Shown one piece after another: positions 50,628-59,891 of a stretch of 64,000 nucleotides of DNA. This stretch comes from an uncultured Poribacteria bacterium. Its GTDB lineage: Bacteria > Poribacteria > WGA-4E > WGA-3G. The translations under genes were made by a program, and so were the position numbers. The notes below the pieces were generated by a model, which saw nothing but the letters and a program-made list of their open reading frames with translations, searched no databases and was not told the origin of the DNA. Position 1 is the first letter of the stretch; every line of letters begins with the position of its first letter. Location of the stretch: contig CATQHZ020000001.1 in the NCBI GenBank assembly GCA_958296135.2, forward strand, positions 4,576,001-4,640,000, in the 5' to 3' direction.

Positions 50628-53393
50628 ATGACTTTCCACAAAATTCTGTCCTCTTTGTTGCTATGCCTGCTCGTCGTGCAAGGCGGATGCGCGACCGGCT
50701 CTGCACCAAAGCAGATAGTCGATCCGCTGGTTGAGCGGAATCAGCAGTGGCGCGAACACGTTGAGCGAGGCAATGAGGAACTCCGGCGCGGAAATCTGCG
50801 CGATGCACTCGTTGCCTACCAAGCCGCTGTCGCCATTCGGCCGGATGCAGGAGCCCCTCAGCAGAAAATCGCGGAGATCTACTTCCAACTTGAGGAGTAT
50901 GAAAACGCGCGGGATGCGTTTGCCGTGTTTCTGGCACTAGAACCCAACAACGTCAACGCGCTGAACTACGCCGGCTACATCTCCGAAAAACTGAACGATT
51001 ATCAGGCCGCCGCCGAACACTACAAGCAGGTGCTTACCGTCTCCAAGGATAACCTCTACGCTTTGAATCACCTCGGTTTGGCTTACAAACAGCTGGGACG
51101 GCTCGATGAAGCAGTGAAGGTTCTGCACGAGGCGTTAAACATCGATCCGAAATGTGAACGTCCCGAAAGCGAGAATTTGCACAATTACCTGGGATTAATC
51201 TATCTGGAACAGGGAGAAGTCGGAGAGGCAATCGCGGAATTGCGTGAATCCATTCGGTTGTTCCCGAAAGATGTTTGGGCGCGCCAGCAACTCGCGGCAC
51301 TTTACGAAGACAAGGGGCGTTACTACGAAGCACTACTCCAATATCAGGAACTCTTGGAGGTCGCGCCGGACAATCTGCTCGCGGTGACGCGGCTGCAGGC
51401 TTTAGCGGAAGAAATCGCGCCGACCGGGGTGGCAGTTCATATACCACCTGTGGATCTGTTGCAAGTGGACGCAGACCTGCGCATTGCCACCGCGCCGGAT
51501 GCCGACGCTTATCCGGATGCCGACGCGCTGATCCTCTTCAACCACTTTAGTCACGATGTCTTGCCGACAGGGCAATCCCGTTATACCACGCATCAAGTCG
51601 TCAAACTTCTAACCGAGAGGGGCATCGAGAAATACGACGATATTGCCATCCCCTACCAGCCGAGTGCACAGAACATCGCGGTGAACATCGCACGCACTAT
51701 CGCCGCTGATGGCACGGTGCATCAACCGCCCGCCGAGGCGTTCAACGATGTAACGCCGCCAGGGCTGTTATCCCAAAATCTCTATTCGGATACGATGTGG
51801 CGCGTCATCTCAATGGTAGGACTCACACCGGGAGTCTGCATTGAATATCAGGTAACGCTTGAAGATAAACCTGAAAACGCTGTCGGCGGAGAGACGTGGA
51901 TTACCGGCGGGTTCAATTTTCAATCGACAGAGGTAACGCTTGAAACAAGTTACGCGCTTCGTATCCCAAGCGCGTGGCATTTTCAGTGGAAAACGGAGAA
52001 CTTCAGTAGGAGAGACCTCCCGGTCTCGATTCGCTATGATGAAAATGGCAACAGTATCTACGTGTGGCAGCATGGCGAAACGCCGGCACTCACAATTGAA
52101 GAAGGAATGCCCCACGTCAACGACATCGCGCCGCGGTTGCACTATTCCTCAATCCCCTCGTGGAACGATGTCTACCAATGGTATAAGCAACTTGCCGCAG
52201 ACCGGTACGCGCCGGATGCACAGATTGAGGCGATAGTCCATCAACTTACAAAGGATTTGATGACAACATCGGATAAGATTCGCGCGATTTACCACTTCGT
52301 CGCCTCGCGCATCCGTTACGTCGGCATTGAACTGGGACAGAGCGCGTATCAGCCATCTCCCGCTGCAGAGGTACTGCAAAAACAATACGGCGATTGCAAG
52401 GACAAAACGACATTGCTCATCGCGATGCTAGAACTTGTCGGCATCCGCGCCTATCCCGTGCTGATTAACCCATCCCCTTATGAACGGACAGATACAGAAC
52501 TGCCATCGCTGAACCAATTCAGTCACATGCTGGCGGCAGTCCCGGTTTCCGGTAGGAGCAACCTCCTGGGCGCGATGCCCCACTATATCTGGCTCGATGC
52601 AACCTCGCAAACCTGCAGTTACGGAAATCTGCCATACAGCGACCAGGGACGAAAAGGGTTTCTGATAGGTGAAGAGCAAGGCGAGTTTGTGGATATCCCA
52701 ATTTTCCCGGCAGAAACTAACCGGCTCGTGAGCAAAACAGAATTGTGGCTCAGCGAAGAAGGTTCCGTGAGAGGGAAACTCCACATTGAGACGCGCGGGC
52801 AATACAGCCTCAATGCGCGCTGGACCTATCAACAGGTACCGCCGAACCAACTGCAGACGACTTTGGCTACGGAGCTCAGCCAGCAATTTCCAGGAATTGA
52901 GGTAGCGTGGAGCAACATCTCCGACTTGGAAAATCTTAACGTGCCCGTGGAGATCGAACTCGGTTTTCACGCCAAGAATTACGCCACACCGCTAGAAAAT
53001 AAGTCGCTCGCAAAAATCGCTACTACCGGGGAAATGCTCATGCGCTTACCGATTGATGAGTTCGCAGAATATGCGGAGATGGTTGCCGCGCCGCAGCGTG
53101 CCTATTCACTTGACCTCGGTTACCCAACGCAACTTGAAAAAGCAATTCAGATTCATCTACCGGAAGGTTGGACTGCCGTTCTCCCCGCGGATATCCATCA
53201 CACGACAGAGTTCGCCGAATTGACTCGGCAGTATAGACAGATTGACAGCACAGTGACTTATCGGCTGACGTTTAACCTAAAAGAGCGGATAATCCCCGCG
53301 GAGGCGTATGCGGAGACAAAGCGGTTTTTTACGCAATTGGCGAGGGAAGATGGGAGTCGTTTGCTGTTACAGACAATCCCCCGCGTCCCGTAG
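50628..53393 (+). CDS. TPR, DUF3857 and transglutaminase-like lipoprotein
   Basis: Lipobox QGGC; multiple TPRs; IRYV, YGDCKDK, FSHM, WLDAT catalytic triad. Confidence 0.88.
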   Translation: MTFHKILSSLLLCLLVVQGGCATGSAPKQIVDPLVERNQQWREHVERGNEELRRGNLRDALVAYQAAVAIRPDAGAPQQKIAEIYFQLEEYENARDAFAVFLALEPNNVNALNYAGYISEKLNDYQAAAEHYKQVLTVSKDNLYALNHLGLAYKQLGRLDEAVKVLHEALNIDPKCERPESENLHNYLGLIYLEQGEVGEAIAELRESIRLFPKDVWARQQLAALYEDKGRYYEALLQYQELLEVAPDNLLAVTRLQALAEEIAPTGVAVHIPPVDLLQVDADLRIATAPDADAYPDADALILFNHFSHDVLPTGQSRYTTHQVVKLLTERGIEKYDDIAIPYQPSAQNIAVNIARTIAADGTVHQPPAEAFNDVTPPGLLSQNLYSDTMWRVISMVGLTPGVCIEYQVTLEDKPENAVGGETWITGGFNFQSTEVTLETSYALRIPSAWHFQWKTENFSRRDLPVSIRYDENGNSIYVWQHGETPALTIEEGMPHVNDIAPRLHYSSIPSWNDVYQWYKQLAADRYAPDAQIEAIVHQLTKDLMTTSDKIRAIYHFVASRIRYVGIELGQSAYQPSPAAEVLQKQYGDCKDKTTLLIAMLELVGIRAYPVLINPSPYERTDTELPSLNQFSHMLAAVPVSGRSNLLGAMPHYIWLDATSQTCSYGNLPYSDQGRKGFLIGEEQGEFVDIPIFPAETNRLVSKTELWLSEEGSVRGKLHIETRGQYSLNARWTYQQVPPNQLQTTLATELSQQFPGIEVAWSNISDLENLNVPVEIELGFHAKNYATPLENKSLAKIATTGEMLMRLPIDEFAEYAEMVAAPQRAYSLDLGYPTQLEKAIQIHLPEGWTAVLPADIHHTTEFAELTRQYRQIDSTVTYRLTFNLKERIIPAEAYAETKRFFTQLAREDGSRLLLQTIPRVP

Positions 53394-53457
53394 GGTCCGT
53401 GTCTCGGTCAAAGCGCGCGAGGGACAGGTTTCCCTCGCGCTACGGAACGCACACAGA

Positions 53458-54078
53458 TTAACCCTTGACATACTTCCAACCGTCAACCAGAACGGGGAGC
53501 CCGCGGATCAGGCACATCGCAACGGCGACGGAAGAGATAATCACGCCTGCTAATTCTAAACCAACGACGAATTCAGGGTAGGCACCGAAATTTTTGAACG
53601 TCATCACGCCGCCGAGGTAGAGAAAGGCGAGCGTCTTGGCGATACCATAGATGCTGCGGCTTGCGCGTGAGCTCGTGAGAGCGCGTGTCCAAGGAGAGGC
53701 CATCATCGTCTTCTCGCCGAACGCGGTCTTGCCTTCCGCAAAGGCGGCACTCCGCAAGCCATCTGTGAAAAACCCGCGCGCAATCACGATGGCGGGAATC
53801 CAGAACGGAATCAGCCCAACGACAGCGAAGTAAACCCAGAAGATACATTCGACAATCCGGTCGCCGACGATGTCAAACAGCGCACCGAAATCCGATGTCT
53901 GATTCAGTTTTCGGGCAACGTAACCGTCCACCGCATCAAGGAACAAAATCACTCCTATCATCGCGACAAGCAGAACGTCTAAATAGACATGCTGCCCGAA
54001 GAGCGAAATCACGACGAAGACCAAAGCTAGGCGGAAAAGCGTAATCAAATTCGCAACCATGGGGGAGTCCTCCGACAT
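53458..54078 (-). CDS. CDP-alcohol phosphatidyltransferase (PgsA-like)
   Basis: ANLITLFR, DAVDGYVARKLNQTSDFGALFDIVGDR. Confidence 0.88.
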   Translation of the reverse strand: MSEDSPMVANLITLFRLALVFVVISLFGQHVYLDVLLVAMIGVILFLDAVDGYVARKLNQTSDFGALFDIVGDRIVECIFWVYFAVVGLIPFWIPAIVIARGFFTDGLRSAAFAEGKTAFGEKTMMASPWTRALTSSRASRSIYGIAKTLAFLYLGGVMTFKNFGAYPEFVVGLELAGVIISSVAVAMCLIRGLPVLVDGWKYVKG

Positions 54079-54221
54079 TTTTCTATTTTTTTAACGTCTT
54101 CTTGTAACATGACTTACACAAACTCCTGAAACGCCTACGGGGTTTGTTCCGCGTAAGTCCTATATAAGATATAATAACGTAAATTGTCACCTAAATCAAG
54201 GTGAATAGGAGCGAATTGCCA

Positions 54222-55820
54222 ATGAACGAAAACAAAAAACCGAACATCGTCCTGATTCTCAACGACGATATGGGCTTCTCCGACCTTGGCTGCTACGGCG
54301 GCGAAGTCCATACCCCGAACCTTGACCGGCTCGCCGCGGGCGGGCTACGATGGACGCAGTTTTACAATACCGCGCGGTGCTGCCCCTCCCGTGCTTCAAT
54401 GCTCACCGGGCTCCACCCACACCAAACCGGAGTCGGCCACATGACGAGCGACGACGGATTAGAGGGATACCGCGGAGACCTGAACAACCGGTGCATTACC
54501 ATCGCAGACGCTGTCCGCCCTGAAGGATACGGCACGTATATGAGCGGTAAATGGCATATCTCGCGGCATACCGGCCCCGAAGGACCGAAACATAGCTGGC
54601 CCTGCCAGCGCGGGTTCGACCGGTACTACGGCATCATCACGGGGGCCGCCAATTTTTGGAAACCGAATACCTTGACGCGGGATAACACGCGCATCCAACA
54701 CGATGAACTTCCCGAAGGGTATTTCCTCACCGATGCCATCAGCGACGAAGCGTCAGCGTTCATTCGGAATCACACCGAAAAGTCGGCGGAGAGCCCCTTC
54801 TTCACTTATGTCGCCTACACGGCACCCCACTGGCCCCTGCACGCACATGAAGAGGACATCGCACGATATAACGGACGCTTTGCCGCGGGCTGGGACAAAC
54901 TCCGCGAAGAACGGCTCTCACGGATGCGGGAGATGAAAATCTTGGACGAGGCATGGCGGCTCACTGCACGCGACCCGTCGCAACCGCCATGGAGCGATGC
55001 GCAGTATAAAGAGTGGAATCAACGCCGCATGGAGGTTTACGCCGCACAAATCACGCGGATGGATACCGGCATCGGGCGAATTATTGATACGCTCGAAGAG
55101 ACAGGACAACTGGACAACACGCTCATCCTGTTTTTAGCCGACAACGGCGGTTGCGCAGAAGAACTCGGCAGACCGCCCGCAAGACGCGAGGGCGGTTCGC
55201 TCATCAGCACGGAGACGACTTCGGATGGCAGACCTGTCTATCGCGGCAACGACCCGAGCATTATGCCGGGGCCGGAAACCACCTATCAGAGTTATGGCGT
55301 GCCGTGGGCGAATCTGTCCAATACGCCGTTCCGTGAATACAAGCACTGGGTGCATGAAGGCGGTATCGCTACACCGCTCATCGCGCACTGGCCGGAGAGG
55401 ATTAAAGCCGCAGGCGAACTCCGCCATCAGCCGGGGCAACTGCCCGATATTATGGCGACATGCCTTGACGTTTCCGGGGCAACTTATCCAGATGAACACA
55501 ACGGGAACCCGATTTTGCCGTTAGAAGGCACCAGTCTAACCCCGATTTTCGACGGAAAAAACAACGGAAAAGAGGTGCTGTATTGGGAGCATGAGGGCAA
55601 CTGCGCCGTGCGCCAAGGCAAATGGAAACTCGTCTGCAAATTCCCTGGAGACTGGGAACTCTACGATGTGGAAGCAGAGCGGACCGAGATGAACAACCTC
55701 GCCGACAAGCATCCGCAGAAGTTGAAAGAGCTCATCGGGCTTTATCAGAACTGGGCTGACAGGTGCTTTATCTACCCGTGGGACCGGCTCCAAGCGCAGC
55801 GCAGACAGCAGCGCGCGTAA
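54222..55820 (+). CDS. Arylsulfatase (Cys-type, CxPxR)
   Basis: PNIVLILNDDMG, CCPSRASMLTG, GKWH, ADNG. Confidence 0.93.
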   Translation: MNENKKPNIVLILNDDMGFSDLGCYGGEVHTPNLDRLAAGGLRWTQFYNTARCCPSRASMLTGLHPHQTGVGHMTSDDGLEGYRGDLNNRCITIADAVRPEGYGTYMSGKWHISRHTGPEGPKHSWPCQRGFDRYYGIITGAANFWKPNTLTRDNTRIQHDELPEGYFLTDAISDEASAFIRNHTEKSAESPFFTYVAYTAPHWPLHAHEEDIARYNGRFAAGWDKLREERLSRMREMKILDEAWRLTARDPSQPPWSDAQYKEWNQRRMEVYAAQITRMDTGIGRIIDTLEETGQLDNTLILFLADNGGCAEELGRPPARREGGSLISTETTSDGRPVYRGNDPSIMPGPETTYQSYGVPWANLSNTPFREYKHWVHEGGIATPLIAHWPERIKAAGELRHQPGQLPDIMATCLDVSGATYPDEHNGNPILPLEGTSLTPIFDGKNNGKEVLYWEHEGNCAVRQGKWKLVCKFPGDWELYDVEAERTEMNNLADKHPQKLKELIGLYQNWADRCFIYPWDRLQAQRRQQRA

Positions 55821-55987
55821 GAGTGGATGTTTCTATCCGCCTGCATCTAGGACTTCCAAGATGAGAGGCTCGGTGCAGGGAGCAATAACCTAGGAACGTA
55901 GGGCGGGGGCCTGGCCCCCGCGAACTTCGTGACATAGCGAGGGACAACGGAAACGCGGGACAACTCCTGAAAATCCGCAATTAAAAT

Positions 55988-56016
55988 TTGCAAAAAGCGC
56001 AGAAATGTGATATAAT
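55988..56016 (+). promoter_or_regulatory. sigma70 promoter upstream of the riboswitch
   Basis: TTGCAA-17-TATAAT. Confidence 0.7.
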
Positions 56017-56041
56017 ATCTCCACAACAACTGAATAAGCAA

Positions 56042-56334
56042 ACGATTCAGGTGCCGATGTAGGGTGAAACTTGCAAACCCTGCGACATCGGAGAATAGGG
56101 AAGCGCGGTGAGAATCCGCCACGGCCCCGCCACTGTGAACGATACTCCTCTGTGAGCAAGCCATACGGTTCGGAGGAGAGTTTTTCACTTCAAAAACCAC
56201 TGTCGTCAGATGGGAAGGTGAAGTGGGAATTTTTGTTCGGTGCAGCAGAGACCCGTTTTTCTTGGCAACTCACAAGAAAACGTCGTTTCCTGCAACAAGA
56301 AAGCATCGGAAGTCAGGAGACCTGCCTGAATCGT
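56042..56334 (+). promoter_or_regulatory. Cobalamin (AdoCbl) riboswitch
   Basis: P1 ACGATTCAGG/CCTGAATCGT; AATAGGGAA-GCGGTGAGAATCCGC-GCCCCGCCACTGT; CCACTG...GGGAAGG; B12 box AGTCAGGAGACCTGCC. Confidence 0.93.
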
Positions 56335-56440
56335 GTTTCATACAGCTGCTTTCGCGGGAGAGCAGTGGAACAACAGCGCGCACGAGAGGCACTCCGACTT
56401 TCACGATTTTGGAAAACCTACCTCCGTATGAACGTTGCCA

Positions 56441-56480
56441 CATCCCCTGTCTTCCCACGGAAAGCAGGGATTTTTTGTTT
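56441..56480 (+). terminator. Riboswitch expression-platform terminator
   Basis: Imperfect ATCCCCTG...CAGGGAT hairpin followed by a T-tract, just before the GGAGG RBS. Confidence 0.65.
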
Positions 56481-56495
56481 CATTACGGAGGAATC

Positions 56496-57725
56496 ATGCA
56501 ATTTTTGAAAAAGTGGGTAGCGCGGGCTATCCTCTTCACCCTTCTCATGAGCCCGGCTTTTGGCCAGACAGACGTGCAGCATCTCGCTGTCGTCGTCAAT
56601 GCGCTTACTCATCCCGACTTGGGCATTTCAACTTCACTTTCACTCATCGACCTCGCGGAACCTAACGAGAAACGCGCGGTTGAGAACCAAGTCATCCCGC
56701 TCGGCAACGTGCCGAGCGATATCCTCATTCGCGGGCATCTCGCTTACATATCCAACGTCTTTAGCAGCAACATCTTGATTATCAACCTGCAGCGGCGCAC
56801 GATTGTCGGAGAAATCCCAATCCGCACCGGTGCCCAACCACAAAGCCTCGCCTTTGTCGATGAGAACAAGATGTATGTCACCTGCGACGCAGCGCACGAG
56901 GTGCATGTCGTCGACATCCCAAATCGCAATGTGACGAAGGTCATCACCGGGCCCTTCAACAAACCCACCGGCATCACGCTGCTGAACGGCAAGGCTTATG
57001 TGACGAACGCGGCATGGGAGTGGGACGCAATTGAAGGCAAAGTACATTACCACGACAGCAGCGTCACGGTGATTGATACCACGACAGACACGGTATTGAA
57101 ATCTATCCCGATGCCGACAAACGCCGGCGGGATTGTCAACGATGGCGAGTCAACAGTGCTCGTCAAGACAACGGGCGACCTGAATCTCATCGCCGGTAAC
57201 CTCGTGTTTATTGATACGACTACCGATGAGGTTCGCAAGACGGTGCCGCTGAAAATGTCACCGGGTAGTTTCGCCATCAATGCGGAAAAGCAGCTGTTCA
57301 TCCAAGGTGGATGGCAAACCCCCGGTCTCCTTATCTATGATGTCGTCGCAGAAAAATGGGTCCGAGATAAAGATGACGCGCTCGTCGATTTCGGCGGCGG
57401 TTCGGGCATGACGTTCGCACCGGACGGCAGCCTCTATATCACCTATCCCGATTGGACCGGCGGTGGGCAAGACGAGGTGCGCGCCATGGGCACCGACGAA
57501 ACGCTCCTCAAAACGTATCGCCCCGGCCCCGGGGCGGATAACGTAGCCATCGCACAGATTGTCCCCAGACCTGAGGATATCAACGACGATGGGTTTGTGA
57601 ACGTCGAAGACCTGGGCATCGTCAGTCGCTACCTAGGCGAAAGCGGCGTAGATTTGCGCGGCGATATCAACGCCGATGGCGTGGTAAACGTGCTTGACCT
57701 GGTTATTATCGCAAGCCAACTCTAA
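56496..57725 (+). CDS. YncE/BtuG-like beta-propeller with C-terminal dockerin-like domain
   Basis: Repeats K.YVT...V.VID; GKAYVTN; two DxNxDG.VN..DL EF-hand repeats; directly after the B12 riboswitch. Confidence 0.8.
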   Translation: MQFLKKWVARAILFTLLMSPAFGQTDVQHLAVVVNALTHPDLGISTSLSLIDLAEPNEKRAVENQVIPLGNVPSDILIRGHLAYISNVFSSNILIINLQRRTIVGEIPIRTGAQPQSLAFVDENKMYVTCDAAHEVHVVDIPNRNVTKVITGPFNKPTGITLLNGKAYVTNAAWEWDAIEGKVHYHDSSVTVIDTTTDTVLKSIPMPTNAGGIVNDGESTVLVKTTGDLNLIAGNLVFIDTTTDEVRKTVPLKMSPGSFAINAEKQLFIQGGWQTPGLLIYDVVAEKWVRDKDDALVDFGGGSGMTFAPDGSLYITYPDWTGGGQDEVRAMGTDETLLKTYRPGPGADNVAIAQIVPRPEDINDDGFVNVEDLGIVSRYLGESGVDLRGDINADGVVNVLDLVIIASQL

Positions 57726-57793
57726 CGGACGCAAGTTTCATCATCCTCGGTAGGTGCGGTTACAAACCGCACCTACCAGTAAGGGAACACGCA

Positions 57794-59851
57794 ATGCGAA
57801 AATCGATAGTCTGGCTCTATAAATACACCCTTAAAGGGGTTTTAAAGGGATGGTATCTTTTCCTATTTCCGCTGTTGCTTATCAGTTGCGGCCCGAGGGA
57901 AACGAAAGATGCATCGCTAGCGTGGCAGGTGACTTTCTTCTCCCTCGGTGCAGAGCTCCAATTTAGCCGAGGCACCCCCCGCGAAGCAGAGACACAGAAG
58001 CAGTCACCCTCCCAAGTCAAAGCTTACCGAACGCTTGGCGACAAGACGAAAACGCTAGTTGCGCAGCTCGATTTTCCCACGGCACCGCGCCCGGTAGAAT
58101 CGCTCTACTTTGAATGGCACGAAGGCGAAACCTACCAAATTGAGGTGACATCGCAAACAGGGCAGGTCAGCTTCCAACAAGTGACTGCCCCGCGTTCTAC
58201 CGCACGCGGCAGTTTGGAAATATCGGTCCCGTACGGTGCGGCTGCGCACGCGAACGCCCCTTCACTCGTGCTGCACGACAGCGAACTGACTGCTACAGTC
58301 CTGGTCAGAAATGGGACAGCTGCACCGCCATCAAGCAACCGGCGGAGGCCTGTCCCCCGCCATCAAGCCGATTTTCACGTTGAAGTTTGTCTCCCTTCTA
58401 CACTGACTGTCGTGAAATGGCCAGAAGGTTGGACAGCAAAACATACCGGTGAAGAAACCTGTCTGACAACGTCCGGCACATTTACCGTCGCTGGCGAAGT
58501 CTGGTATCGGGAAGTGGTGCTGAAAATGCCGCGCCTACTTGATACTGGCACCGCTGTTATTTCGGGCAAGGTTCGCTTTGAAGCGAGTGGCGAATATAGA
58601 AATTTCGTCTTACAGAATCGCGAGGATACGACCTGGGAACACATAACCGAATTGCAACTGCAGGCGGCGACAGTGGAGGAGATAGCGGCCCAGCTCGCCA
58701 TTGAAGATGTCCAGATGCCTACCGATGATGCCGGCACCGCCGACCCGAGGCAGCGCGCCGATACCCTCTATCACGCGCAGCCACTCCTCGGCCGGTGGGG
58801 ACAGTCCCCGATTGATGTCTACACGCCGATAGCACACCAAACGGTGCATCTCCGCAATCACAGCGAGTCAACTCTCCATGTCGTCGTCTCCTCTATTAAC
58901 CGCGACGCGAAAAGTGGAAAGGTGATTCAGTTTCTCGCGCCGCCCGAGGCAGTCAATGCCGGGACAGATATGAGCGTATCCTTCGCGAGCCTGCCGCCAG
59001 GGACATTAAGTGCTATTCCGCTGCCGATTTACTTCAATCCGCTTTCGGCGAGAGCCGGCGAATACACGCGCGAGATTGAGGTGAAAGTTTGGGGCAGTAA
59101 CGCCACGGTGCTGCGTGAACAACGGCCGCTCCACATCGTCGTGCCGAATCGACAGGCATTGTTCATCACGGTGCTAGCCGTGCTTGCCAGCAGCATCGGG
59201 TTAGCGGGCGTGCTTCGGCATCACCGCCAAATCTTTGCACGGTTCACGACGAAACAACTGATTGTCATCGCGTTGTTCGGCGCGACCGTTTTTGTCTGCG
59301 TCATCATCCCATCAACGCTGTTTTTGAACCTCATCCGCGCTCTCCTCGGCCCCGTCTCAGTGCTGTTGACTGGGCTGATGAATGAAACGCTCTACTATGC
59401 GTTGCTGACAGCGTTGCTCATTTATATTAACGGCTCACCGCAAAAGGCAGAACAAGAAGAATGCGCGGTTGAAAACCGAGCCTACGGAAAAACGGAGAAA
59501 AAACCGGGCGTGATTCTCCTGGCCTCCGCCGTGCGCCTGTTGCTCGGTGCAGTCACCTTCGGGCTTTTCACGCCGATGGAAATTATCTATACCGGCACAA
59601 GCGTGCTGTTACTTGAAACGGGGTATCGGCTCGTGCAACGGCGCGGTTTATTGGCATGGGCAGTGGCACTCGGCATCTGCGATGCGCTTGCTGTCTATGT
59701 CGATTTTCAACTGTCCATTGTCTTCTACCGGCTCTTCTACGCAGATTGGTATATCGCAATGCGCATCCTAGTTGAAGGGTTCGCCTATACCTTTATCGGC
59801 GTGCTACTTGGCAGCCGATTGGGACGCGGACTCTGGCGCGTCGCTGACTAA
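57794..59851 (+). CDS. Large extracytoplasmic domain fused to a C-terminal ECF S-component-like TM bundle
   Basis: Lipobox-like LISC; ~450-aa soluble region; ~6-7 TM with FTTKQLIVIALF and KPGV, typical of S components. Confidence 0.6.
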   Translation: MRKSIVWLYKYTLKGVLKGWYLFLFPLLLISCGPRETKDASLAWQVTFFSLGAELQFSRGTPREAETQKQSPSQVKAYRTLGDKTKTLVAQLDFPTAPRPVESLYFEWHEGETYQIEVTSQTGQVSFQQVTAPRSTARGSLEISVPYGAAAHANAPSLVLHDSELTATVLVRNGTAAPPSSNRRRPVPRHQADFHVEVCLPSTLTVVKWPEGWTAKHTGEETCLTTSGTFTVAGEVWYREVVLKMPRLLDTGTAVISGKVRFEASGEYRNFVLQNREDTTWEHITELQLQAATVEEIAAQLAIEDVQMPTDDAGTADPRQRADTLYHAQPLLGRWGQSPIDVYTPIAHQTVHLRNHSESTLHVVVSSINRDAKSGKVIQFLAPPEAVNAGTDMSVSFASLPPGTLSAIPLPIYFNPLSARAGEYTREIEVKVWGSNATVLREQRPLHIVVPNRQALFITVLAVLASSIGLAGVLRHHRQIFARFTTKQLIVIALFGATVFVCVIIPSTLFLNLIRALLGPVSVLLTGLMNETLYYALLTALLIYINGSPQKAEQEECAVENRAYGKTEKKPGVILLASAVRLLLGAVTFGLFTPMEIIYTGTSVLLLETGYRLVQRRGLLAWAVALGICDALAVYVDFQLSIVFYRLFYADWYIAMRILVEGFAYTFIGVLLGSRLGRGLWRVAD

Positions 59852-59891
59852 CTTGACTCTACAGAAATAGGAAAAGAGAGGAACTCTCAAA

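Noticed and set aside
56223-56495. N-terminal extension of the 500-aa ORF
   Set aside because: It overlaps the riboswitch and terminator; the likely start is ATG 56496 with a GGAGG RBS.
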